Shown here: piece by piece, positions 10,478 through 21,225 of the stretch | How positions within the stretch are numbered: the stretch's first letter is position 1 | Layout: every line of letters begins with the position of its first letter | Source of the DNA: Saprolegnia diclina VS20 | Lineage: Eukaryota | Length of the DNA stretch: 64,000 nucleotides | Assembly: GCF_000281045.1 (NCBI RefSeq) | Contig: NW_008246115.1 | Span: 209,506-273,505, forward strand | Direction of reading: 5' to 3' | Position numbers and translations under genes: made by a program | Notes under the pieces: model-generated | Databases searched by the model: none | What the model saw: the letters and a program-made list of their open reading frames with translations, nothing else | Told to the model about the DNA's origin: nothing

Positions 10478-12278
10478 TCAACACGCCGTCGCGGGCGACG
10501 TGTGCACGAGGCCGATCTGCAGCGCTTCGACGAGCGTCTCGACTTGGTAGATCTCCATCACACCGGCATATTTGGCCAGCAACGCGGGTGTGTTTGCATC
10601 GAGCAGCTTGGGAATCACACACGTTTCAACACCAATCTTGGCAGCCGCAGCGAGACGCGGCTCGAGCTTGAGCGGTGGGCGGAGGTGGCCCGAAAGCGCG
10701 AGCTCGCCCAGGAAGAGCGTCCGAGGACGCACCGCTCGCTGAGTCGCGGTGCTCGCCAACGCCACGGCAAGCGCCAAGTCAGCTACAACACTGCAACATC
10801 CAACTCACATCCAAGAACTTAGATCGTACCTGCCGGTTCGCCGAGCGAGTAGCCCTCAGCGACGTTGACAAAGACGTGGTTGGCTCGAAACGAAACGTTG
10901 GCGCGGCGCTCGAGGACGGCAAAGATGAGCTGCAGCTTGTCGTATGCGACGCCGTGGCCGCGACAAGTCGGTTTGTCGACAGCCACCGACGCCAGCGACT
11001 GGATCTCGACAGGTATCGGACGCGACCCCTCGATCGCGATCGTCATGGCGACACCTTCCGACGGCAGCGCCGCCATGCCTACGAAGTCGACGCGTCCAAC
11101 ATATAGGAGGCAAGCAAGGTACCTGGCGTTAAAAAGGCGTGGAGAGGGTTTTGAAGCGGGAGCAACCCCGCATCGGTCATGGAGAAGACGCCGACTTCAT
11201 GCGTCGTGCCAAACCGGTTCTTGGTGCAGCGGAGGAACCGGCTCGCACTCTGCGACTCGCCGTCGAGCTGGACGACGGTATCAACCTAACGCAACCGGCA
11301 CAACAGTGAGACCTCTCTGGTTGCAGGCTGCATGAGAGAGCGCGTACGATATGCTCCAGGACTTTGGGACCTGCAATGTCGCCCGACTTGGTCACGTGGC
11401 CGATGATGATGATCGGAATCGTTGCGCTCTAGTCGTCGTCGATAGATATGTGGATAGCGACCACATGGGCTACCTTGCAGAGATGGAGCAGCTGCAGCGT
11501 GCACTCTTTGACCTGGTTGACATTGCCTGGCGTATGCGTCCACATAAGGATTTTGTTGTACGAACGCGAGAAGGGTAGAGTACCGGCAGGCGACGCGATC
11601 TCGGACGAGTACATGGTCTGGATCGAGTCGATGACGACGCCGTGGCATGGCCGCTCCTTGTGCATCATCGCAATGGTCTCGATGACGTTTTCAATGTTGG
11701 TCTCGCTTGCCAAGTAGAGGTCGCCGCCCGAGAGCTGGAGTCGGTCCGAGCGCATCTTGACCTGCGCGACGCTCTCTTCGCCCGAGACGTACAGCACGCT
11801 GCCCGTCGTTTCTGCGCTCGCGGCCGCCATCATGTGTGCAATCTGAAGCGAGAGCTACGAAGTATCGTCATTAGCGTGTGGATCCATGAGCAGTGTTGCG
11901 TACCGTGCTCTTGCCGACACCTGGTGCGCCGGCGACGAGCGTGAGCGATCCAGGCACGATGCCACCGCCGAGGACCCAGTTGATCTCGGCGTCGGGCAGC
12001 TTGATGCGCGCGACGTTGCTGGTCGCGGGTACCTCGGAGATGCGTACGGGTCGCGTCTGTGTCGTCCAGCCCTTTGCGGTTGTACTCGGCTTGGCGCTGC
12101 GGTGGCGAACGTGCGACGTGGCTTCGTCGAGCGTGTTCCATGCAAGGCAGGCGCTGCATTGGCCTTGCCACTTGGCGTGGACCTGGCCGCAGCTAGCACA
12201 TCGGAAGCGCGCGGCAGCAGTCGTTGAGAAGCGGCGCGCTCCCATGCTTGGTCCGCGCAGGGCGAGGCGGCGCAGCAT
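10478..12278 (-). CDS. radA: DNA repair protein RadA/Sms, organelle-targeted, multi-exon (3' end approximate)
   Basis: C4 Zn finger FRCASCG..WQGQCSAC, Walker A GAPGVGKST, VLYVSGEES, VVIDSIQT, TKSGDIAGPKVLEH, KNRFG, and Lon-like C-terminus EGSRPIPVEIQSL / GELALSGHLRP. N-terminus is Arg-rich and presequence-like. Confidence 0.93.
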
Positions 12279-12766
12279 GTGGCTTGATCGTCGAGCAAGG
12301 AAGTGCAATCCACACTGCTAGTTGCTAAAATAGTGTTATTTGATCCAACGCCCGTTGGCGACCTTTCATCACTGCTACATGAGACGATGTCGTCCCTGCG
12401 GGAGTGCATCCTTCATGCAATGTACATTCGACTCGCAAGCCGTGCACAACGACGCACGACAATGCGCTGTCCTCGCGAGAGGCATCGTGCGAACACTATA
12501 TATAACATAGCATAAAATCGTGTATACATCGAACACGGTGCGATCGAACTTTCTCGTATTTCGAAGCTACACCTGTTTAAAACAATCCATGCCAAAAATA
12601 CACCTTGTTGCTCGTCAATTAAAAAGAAGAGTGCAATTGTTTCTACAAAATCCAAGTTCTATGCGCATAATAAAAAGAAAGGGAAGCCCATTTTTATAAA
12701 GGACCGTGTCATAAACTGACGTGACCCACGTGGGCGGGCCCACCGACGACGACGAGAACCGGCCCC

Positions 12767-13514
12767 ATGCTCAGCACGCCCGGCTCGCTCGTCCTGCGGC
12801 GGCTTGAGCCGCGTGACATCCCGCAGCTCCAGGCGCTCCATGAAGACTGGTTCCCGATCCGCTACAACGACTCGTTCTACCAGAACGCCGGCGACGGCCT
12901 CTGGGAGACGGGCGAGCCGCTCTTCACTCAGGTGGCCGCTGAGCACGACGAGGTGCTCGTGGGCGCGGTCACGGCGCAGATCCAGCGCGTCGAAGAGGCC
13001 GAGGACAAGGCGCTATTGCAGTCGGGCGAGGGCAACCTTATGTACATCCTCACGCTCGGCGCCCGCCAAGACTACCGAAGGCGGGGCATTGCGTCCGTGC
13101 TGCTCGAGACGTGCATTCGCGAGGCGGCTTCATCGCCGCAGTGCGGCGCGCTCTACTTGCACGTCAAGGCCGACAACTATAGCGCGATTCGCTTCTACGA
13201 GAAGAATGGGTTTCAGCGCCTGCGCTTCCTTCAAGGTAGGACTCACCATGTCCCTGCTTCTCTAACGAGCATGCGTAGACTACTACATGATCCATGGGCA
13301 CAACCACAATGCGTACTTGTACATTCGATACATCAACGGAGGCAGCGCGCCGTCCAAGTGGATAGACGTCCTCACGAGGTATTACCTGCTGGGTCGCCCC
13401 TTGCTGCATGACCTCGTCACGTCGCTCGCTAGACCCCTAACGGCGATCGTGTCGTTCTTCAGCCGTCTCTTCCATACCCCTGGCCACGATGAAAAGGCGT
13501 GCTCGATCGTCTAG
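12767..13514 (+). CDS. NAA60: N-alpha-acetyltransferase 60 (NatF), GNAT family, 2 exons
   Basis: WFPIRYNDSFY, YILTLG..YRRRGIAS, LYLHVKADNYSAIRFYEKNGF, YYMIHG..YIRYINGG, and an amphipathic C-terminal helix. Intron near 13236-13278. Confidence 0.88.
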
Positions 13515-13844
13515 CTATAGGCTCTCCCCAGATCTCTCAACCCCAAACTAAATGTACCATGCACCTGCCTCGTTGATCCCGCACAAGCTCACCCGCGCAC
13601 CCAGAGCCAGAGTCAACTGCACCGTCTCCTGGCCCGCCACGGCAACTGTAGCTTGCGATCCCTCGAGTCGTCGAACGCACAGACTGGCTGGGAACCAGCA
13701 GCAGCTGAGGCTGTCCTCGGATGCAGCATGGGCAAGCTTGGCGGATCGACAGGCCCTTGGCGGCGACAGGATATGCAGCAGGGACGAAGAATATGCAGCA
13801 GGGAAGGAAGCTAGCGGGGATATCGCTGATCGTCCATATTCTGT

Positions 13845-16153
13845 TTACGCTTGGTTGGCGACCGTCACCACGTAGAAGCGGGCCCCGTACGGCAGTCGGT
13901 ACGGGTTGAAGTCCTACAAGCCCCGAAATGAGTGCGGCTTGCGGGCTTTGAACCGGTACCTCGGTGGCCTGGAACGTGTCAATAAAAATAATTTCCCCGA
14001 CGACGTACGACGGGTACGCCGTCTCGCCGCCTCTCGCCGCCGCGATCGACTCTTCGGCGAGGTAGTAGTTGGGCGCGCCTTCGTTGAACGCCATGTACGG
14101 CAGCTTGCCGTTCTTGAGGAAGAAGAGCGCCAAGTGGTTGATCTGAAACCTATGCCAGCTCCGCTTCGCCTCGTATTGAGGAGAGCGCACGACGTACGTG
14201 CGGAAACTAATGCGCTGGTGCTGCGTCAAGCCGGGCGTGCTCTGGCGCTTGGGCGTCACGGGCGGACTCAACTCGTGGCCTCGCTGTGGAGACATGTGCA
14301 GCATGAACGGGGACTCGGTCATTGGCGTCGGTGGCGACTCGGTGACTTCTTTGCGCGGCGTCATCACCGACATGGAGAGCGTTGCCACCATGCACACGTG
14401 GTACGTTGACCCGAGCCGGATCTGGTACGGGTTGCGCTCGGTCGTCGCCTCGAACGCTTCAATGTACACGAGGCACCCGAGCACAAAGTTGGGTTTTCTA
14501 GCGCAAAATTCCGTGTAAACGTTGGGAAATAATGAGAAAAATGACCAACCTGTCGTCGTCGTCGTGCTTGGCGGCTTCAATCGACTCTTGTGAGAGGTAG
14601 TAGTGCGGGCAGCCTTCGTGAAACGCAATGTAGTCGCCGAGCGGCGTCGGGACAAACAGCGCCACGCCGCCAAGGGGAAAACTACCGACTGCGCTGAGAA
14701 AAAATGACGAAAAAGCGCGTACCTCTTGTAGCAAATGCCGAGGAGCTCTTCGATGCATTCTTCGTTGGCCTGCCACGCTGTGTTGGCAACGGCGGGCGGC
14801 GGCGCGAGCGTCGTCGTCGTCGGCGGTGCGACGTCGTCCATCGGCAGCTGGGCGAGCGCCTCTTCCAAGCTCTCTTCGTCCTCGGTCAGCGTCGGTGGGC
14901 GCGGCACCGAGTCGTCCTGGAGCACTTCACGCCCCACGTCTTCGTATTCCATGTCGACCATGACGTACTCGTCGCTCTCGGCAGCCCAATCTACGGTTAT
15001 GTTGTCCTCTCATCTCCTTTAGCTAAGATGCATCGACACATACCTTGGTTGACGAGCGCTTGCTTGGGCGACCCCGACACCTCGAGCGGTCCACTCGTGC
15101 TACGTCCATAAGAGCCATGTCTATGAGATGGAGCGTACCTCGGCGTGTCGGTATCGTCGGTCGGCGGCGGTGGCAGCAGAAACGGTGCATTGAAAAACTG
15201 TTCAAACGAGATGCGCTCGGTCGGGTCGCGGCGCAGGAGCCCTTCGAGGAGCGCCGCGCAGTCGTCGCTCACGTGCACGTCAAGCGGCAAGATAAAGTGC
15301 TTGTACTTTTCATAGTACCGCGCAATGTTGCGTCGGAGCGCGAGGTGGTTGGTCGCATGGCAGTTGTCCTAGTACATACGTATCCTACCAGTCATCTTCA
15401 TGCAAAAGATGGAGCGTACGACGACAAGGAACGGGTGGGCCTTGGCGACCATCTCGTAGAGGATGATGCCGACGCTCCAGAGATCGGCCTTGGCGTCGTA
15501 CGACTTGTAGTCGAGGAGCTCCGGTGCCATGTACAAGGGCGACCCAACGACGCTCTCCGCGAGACACTCGTTGGCGAGGCTCCGTGCAAAGCCAAAGTCG
15601 GCGATCTTGACCTTTTGCGAATTCGGGTTGCGGCTGCTCAAGAGCAAGTTGGCCGGCTTCAGATCGCGGTGGATCACGTGCTGCTGCCGAAGGAATTGGA
15701 GTCCGGCCGCGAGCTGTGACATGTAGTTGCGCGTCTGCGCCATCGAGAGGCCGTGGCTCGACTGCTTGATGTAGCTCGAGATGTCGCCGCCCGCGCAGTA
15801 CTCGAGCACGATAAAGATCGACGCCTTCGACTCTTTGGTCGCGAGCAGCCGCACGATGTTTGGGTGGCCGTTCTCGTACTGCTCGACCGCGACGCGCATG
15901 GTCTCGATCTCTTTCTCGATCGACGCGCGCTCCGCCGGGTTGCGCACGAGGCGCTCCTTGCTTATGACCTTGACGGCGACGGCCGCGCCGGACCCGAGGT
16001 TCACGGCCTTGTGCACGGTGCCATACGAGCCGCGGCCGATGGTCTCGACGAGCCTAGACGACGCATGAGCATACCAGCATCAGCAGCAGCATGCGCCCAC
16101 CGGAAGATGTTGCCGCCAACGTTGATCGTTTCCCCGTTCGCATTTGCAGTCAT
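13845..16153 (-). CDS. ATG1: Atg1/ULK-family Ser/Thr kinase with LIR motif and two C-terminal Atg11/FIP200 Claw-like domains
   Basis: Spliced product starts MTANANGETINVGGNIFRLVETIGRGSYGTVHKA. Kinase motifs HRDLKPANLLL, KIADFGFAR, GSPLYMAPE, YDAKADLWSVG and RISFEQFF. LIR SDEYVMV. Two repeats of I.(F/Y)..F....ALF..Y.AF.EG.P.YYL..ES..(V/L)G....I..NPY.....(F/Y)Y/H. Confidence 0.85.
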
Positions 16154-17285
16154 CGTCCCAACCGAAATGGGCTGCGGCTCGATCCTATGCGTTCCGAAGC
16201 CCCAGCAAACTTGATAATATATCGAAAGACACAGGTCCTTTATCCTTTTATACTGCAATGACGTGGCGCCTTCCTGGCAAGACGATGCGACTGAGGTGGA
16301 TCTTGACAACATGCAAAGGGTCAGGTTCCCCGTAGCGATGGCGAACACAGGGCTGTGGACGACCCGTAATGACAACGAATAGTCTATCGTTGTGGCGTCG
16401 TGCGACCGCGGCTTCTGTGCGCGAGGCGCGGGGCCACGAGGGAGGTAATACCGCGACGACGTCTGTCCTTTTTGGCCGTAAAGACGATGGTAAATTACTG
16501 GCGGTAGGTAATTGAGGAAAAGGATCTGGTCACCTGCTCGACGCAGACGGGACGTGCGGGGCTCATGCTCGTGCAAGGACGGACGACTGCGAGCAAGGAA
16601 ACCTCGACTGCACTTCAATCCAACGCACGGTGGCACGCCATGGATACGACTCAGATCGTCGTAGCACCTGCTGCTGTGCGAATGCATTCTAGAATCATCC
16701 GCGAATTCGCCACTCTGGACATCTCCCGCGCATCGGTCCTTCCGTCTGCATGCATGTTGGCGATGAACAGGAGAACGAAAATGCTCAACAATTGAAAAAT
16801 AAATCTCGACAATTGGGACACCCACTCGATGCGACCTTCTCGCATCGTTCCAAGAGCACCCACGCCCGTCGGTGTAGCATGTCTGCAAGCACGTGTTACG
16901 GATCAAACTTCCATGTGCAGCAACTTGTATAGCTTTTCCTGCATGAACAACCTATCGCCTTTTTCCTTCTTCAAGAATATTATTATTAAATTTCGACAAT
17001 CAACCTGACGCAGCATGAATTCGGCCCTGTTCAGAGTCGCGTCGTGGCCAATTAAACGCCGCGCGCCTCGCGTCTTGAGACATGAACGGGCGTCACGCGC
17101 TCTTATTGGCCAAGAATCAGCCAATCCCAGATGCCAACAGCCGCGGCGGCGTGGGAAAAAAGCGTTGAACGCGGTATCTTTTCGAATCTAATCCGCGACT
17201 TTTTTTAAATTCTTATCCGAAGCTTATTGTTTGTATACCCATATAACCCGCCGTCATTCTATGAGGTCATCGACCCGCCATGTTG

Positions 17286-17301
17286 CCATTCCCCAATTTC
17301 C
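17286..17301 (+). promoter_or_regulatory. Oomycete Inr+FPR-like core promoter
   Basis: ccattccccaatttcc matches YCAYTYY followed by MWTTTNC, about 50 nt upstream of ATG 17340. CCAAT/ATTGG boxes lie at about 17047-17126. Confidence 0.55.
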
Positions 17302-17339
17302 ATTTTGACCCGCAAGCAACGTCTACCAGCACAAGCAGC

Positions 17340-18830
17340 ATGGCGAGCAATAGCACCAACTCGATGATGACGTGTCCGTGCCCGTTGACGGCCTGCAATA
17401 CGCTCAGCGACAACAACCAGGCGCCCAAGGCCAAGCTGACAAAGCGGCCCTCCAAGACCGTCGTCTGCCTCCGCGAGACGACGGCCTTCAAGCTCTCCGA
17501 GGTCGAGCCCGCGACCAAGACGTCGTCGATGTCGAAAACGTCGACGCCATCGGCCGTGTGCACGTGTACGTGCAACTGCTTCAACGCGGTTGCCTCGGAC
17601 ATTGAGGTGCACAGCGTCAACGTCGACATGGCCCACGACGCGTGGCTCGACACGACGCGCCCGTATGTGCCCGTGTACCAGGAGCTCGTCGGCGCGCAGC
17701 TGTCGCCGACGCCGTCTGCTACGTACTACACGCTGACCGAGTCGGGCCACCGCGGCTTGGAGGTCGCGACCGACCAGCTCCACGAGATGTTCTACAAAGC
17801 CACCGAGTACGTCTTGGAGCACGAGGCCGAGGTCGGCCCGTTCTTCCACATACCCAGTTCGCTCTGGCCCAAGATACGCGCGTCGTGGGCGCAGAGCAAG
17901 CACGACATTATCTCTGGTCGGTTTGACTTTGCGCTCACGAACGAAGGCATCAAGGTGTACGAGTACAACGCCGACTCGGCCTCGTGCCTCCTCGAGTGCG
18001 GCTACACGCAGGACGCGTGGTCCAACGGCGCCGGCATTAACAGCGTCGGCCGCAGCAGCAGCCATACCCTCTTTGCGCAGCTCGTTGCGGCGTGGAAGGG
18101 CAAGACGCTCGACGGGCCGCTCCATCTCATGTGCGACAACGACCTCGAAGAGCGGTATCATGCCATGTACATGCAGTCGGCGGCCGAGGCTGCGGGCATC
18201 CCGTGTCACCTCCTCATTGGTCTCGACGGGATCACATCGACCGACGATGGCCGGTACTTTGACGCCAACCATCGCGAGATCCGCAACGTCTGGAAAACGT
18301 GGTGCTGGCGCACGGTCATGAACCAGGTCGAGGCCGCCGAGAGCGGCAACTTGCCCGCGACCGGCTTTCGCCTCATGGACCTTCTCCTGGACGAAAACGT
18401 CCGAGTGTTTGAACCGCTCTGGACGCTTCTCGCCGGCTCGAAGGCCATTTTGCCGATCCTCTCGACCTTGTACCCGACCAACCCGTTCTTGCTCAAGTCG
18501 TCCTTTGAAGAGAAGGACGTGGCCACGTCCGGTCGTGGCTACGTGGCCAAGCCCGTGATGGGCCGCACGGGCAGCAACATCTCGCTCTACTCGGCGAGCC
18601 ACGAGCTCTTGAACGAGACGGGCGGTCGCTGGGTCGACGACACGATCGTGTACCAGGAGCTCGCGATGCTCCCCAAGTATAAGGACCAATTCGTCCAAGT
18701 CAACACGTGGGCGATCAACGGCCGCTTTGGCGGCACGGTCCTCCGCCAAGACGCGTCCAGCATCATTGGACTCAACTCGGAGATCCCATCGCTCCGCATT
18801 GTGCCCAACCCGACAGAAGCCGTGGCGTAA
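17340..18830 (+). CDS. Glutathionylspermidine/trypanothione synthetase-like ATP-grasp ligase (no amidase domain), intronless
   Basis: SGRFDFAL, KVYEYNADSASCLLECG, EERYHAMYM, VWKTWCW, VFEPLWT..SKAILPIL, GYVAKPVMGRTGSNI and TGGRW..IVYQEL. An alternative start lies at 17280. Confidence 0.9.
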   Translation: MASNSTNSMMTCPCPLTACNTLSDNNQAPKAKLTKRPSKTVVCLRETTAFKLSEVEPATKTSSMSKTSTPSAVCTCTCNCFNAVASDIEVHSVNVDMAHDAWLDTTRPYVPVYQELVGAQLSPTPSATYYTLTESGHRGLEVATDQLHEMFYKATEYVLEHEAEVGPFFHIPSSLWPKIRASWAQSKHDIISGRFDFALTNEGIKVYEYNADSASCLLECGYTQDAWSNGAGINSVGRSSSHTLFAQLVAAWKGKTLDGPLHLMCDNDLEERYHAMYMQSAAEAAGIPCHLLIGLDGITSTDDGRYFDANHREIRNVWKTWCWRTVMNQVEAAESGNLPATGFRLMDLLLDENVRVFEPLWTLLAGSKAILPILSTLYPTNPFLLKSSFEEKDVATSGRGYVAKPVMGRTGSNISLYSASHELLNETGGRWVDDTIVYQELAMLPKYKDQFVQVNTWAINGRFGGTVLRQDASSIIGLNSEIPSLRIVPNPTEAVA

Positions 18831-19297
18831 GCTGCGCACCTTATTTAAGTCCTGCGCCACACCAGCCCATTAAGCTTATTGGACGCAGGCGACTTAATAA
18901 GTAATTAATACTTTATATAAGCCAAGTCCTCTTCCTCTCAACCGAGCTACTCTTGGTTCATCGCCGATTGCACAGCAGAGACGGAGGCACTGGCAAGCTT
19001 TTGAAGTGGGCGGCTATGTGTGGTGTATGCTGATGATGAACGGCTTCGACCGCATTGATCGCTGCTTCCCAAGCTCTTGAGTCGTCGCCAGGACACACTG
19101 GGCATCGAAGCCGTCAAGTTTCCTAACGCGATGCCAAATCCTGTGGAAGATGCACCCAAGGTCCTCAGTGCTTGTGTTCGACGACCCTAACCCGAAACCT
19201 ACCCTAGCCCTGCTCACAAGAAATCGCTCCTACCCCTCGCACGCATCGTTCTATTAGCAAATGTACACGCAAGACAATATGTATGCAGTTTACTATC

Positions 19298-20409
19298 TCA
19301 TACGAGAGCCTTGTCTTCAGCAGGTGCCGTCTCGGGCCGGTCGGCATCCTCCTGTGAGGCATTGTTGGCTCGGTCGTCGTCATCGCCCGCTGCCTCGTCG
19401 TCTTCTTCGCCGTCCTCTTCTTCTTCCTCTTCTTCTTCCTCTTCCTCTTCGTCATGACCGTCCCCACCGTGGTCTTGGCCATCGGCCGTCGCGATATCGT
19501 CGTCGGCTTCGTCGTCGGCGCCAGCGTACAGCCGATCTCGTTCCTCCTTGGTTTGCTGTATGGCGGCTTGGGCTTCCTTCTCGCGGGCTTCGGCCGCGTC
19601 CTTCTCGGCTTGAGTCCGCGCCGCTTTTTCCATCGCCGCTGCTTCTTTTGCTTCTTTGGCCGCAGCGGCCGCCTTGCGCCCGTCGTCGGTCGCCTTGTAG
19701 TACGCGTGCATTTCTTTGCCGGCAAAGCAGAGGAAGAAACCAAAGAGGATCCAAAAGACTGCGACTTGGTACTGCGAAAAGAGGTACAACATCGGTGACT
19801 GACTCAAGCACGATTGAAAGCCGGTCGCGGTCGCGGTCACGGCCTGAAGCGTCCCGAAAAAGCCCCACCTACCTCGGATCGAAACCCGCTGCAACACGAT
19901 GGAGTATGGCGTACCAGCCCACAGAGACGACGCCGTAGATGCTGTAAAAGACCTTGAGCACCCGTAGCCGCCGAATCGGGCGCGGGCCAATCCAGCAGTA
20001 GGCGTAAAAGAGAATTAGAACGTAGCTGAGCCCGACCGCGCCTTGCAGAAAGGCTACGGCAAGTGACATACGGAGATATCGACAGTGCAAACGTACTGTC
20101 GAGGTGGGCATTGCAGGTCGTCGACGCCGCGTTGGTGATGACGCCGCCAAAGACAACGGTCGTGAGGGCGACGCAGACAGGGCCGAGCGGATACAATAGT
20201 AGGATCGGCGCCCAGTACTTGTTTTTGGCTGTGACAAGCGCTTGCTGCTGGCGAATTTCCTCCTCTTCGGGGCTGAGCTAGTTGCGAGAGGATTGTGTTT
20301 GTCATCGAGTTGGTGTGTTGCGATGCAGTACCTGCTTCTTGGCGTGGAGCTTCTTGCGGAGCCGCTCCTTCTCGGCCTCTTCGACCTCTTGGTCGTCCAG
20401 CACGTACAT
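19298..20409 (-). CDS. Hypothetical multi-pass membrane protein with coiled-coil and acidic tail
   Basis: Spliced MYVLDDQEVEEAEKERLRKKLHAKKQ/LSPEEEEIRQQQ..., about four hydrophobic segments (PILLLYPLGPVCVALTTVVFGG, FLQGAVGLSYVLILFYAY, VFYSIYGVVSVGW, VAVFWILFGFFLCF), and a poly-E/D C-terminus. Confidence 0.7.
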
Positions 20410-21225
20410 GGAAACGGATCCGGAAACGTCTTTTTGCTAGTACCAATATTGCACCGACAACACGAGGCTGCTGCAAGCAGCGATGTTGTTCAGGTCATTG
20501 GAGTAGAATTCATTTGCTCTCTTGGGGAGCAGGGCGACCGAGAGCGCGCGCGAGGCTTTGGCGTTGACCCGACACTCCATTCTACATCTCTCTTGCTTTT
20601 GGAAGTCGCAGGAATACTAGAGTATCGGACACGACGAACTGTCCTGTCGCCACATAGGACGCTGTACGAGTCTTGCAGCTGCATGTTGCCGGAAGCAGTC
20701 TCAGATAAACATATCGACGTCAGTTTGCAGACAAACGGCACCGCCAAAGCGAGTGGTGTCTGGTGTCTCGTCGGTGGCGAAGTCGCCGGCCGTAGCTACA
20801 AGCGCATGACGATGGCCATGTCGCTCCTTGTTCAACAGGTGGTTATCGTTGGCGTGCCCATGGTCCTGTGGCCGGGCTCCATAACTTTGGGCAAAGCACC
20901 GATTTTGTACGGGCCGCCTGCTCTTGTGGGCAGCACTTAGTATTACGTCCGTAGTACGAAGAACAGCAATAGTATGCCCTTGGCAATAGCTACAATAGCT
21001 TGCCGACGATGCTTCAACGTGGAGAGGGCGGGAAAGCTGCCAGTCGTCCGGATACCGCACATCCCGCCATACAAATACCAAGAGACGCGAATCCGCCATT
21101 GAGGCATCCGGATACACGCGTCGTGGCAGCACCGCAGAAAGCACAGAAAATCGGCATGTTGAGTTTGATGTGGTTGAGTTTGAGATCTTGTGACCGCAGT
21201 TGCAGTTTTGCGCCCGACCACGCAC

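Noticed and set aside
17259..18860. 533-aa ORF on - strand
   Set aside because: Antisense shadow of the Gsp synthetase gene.
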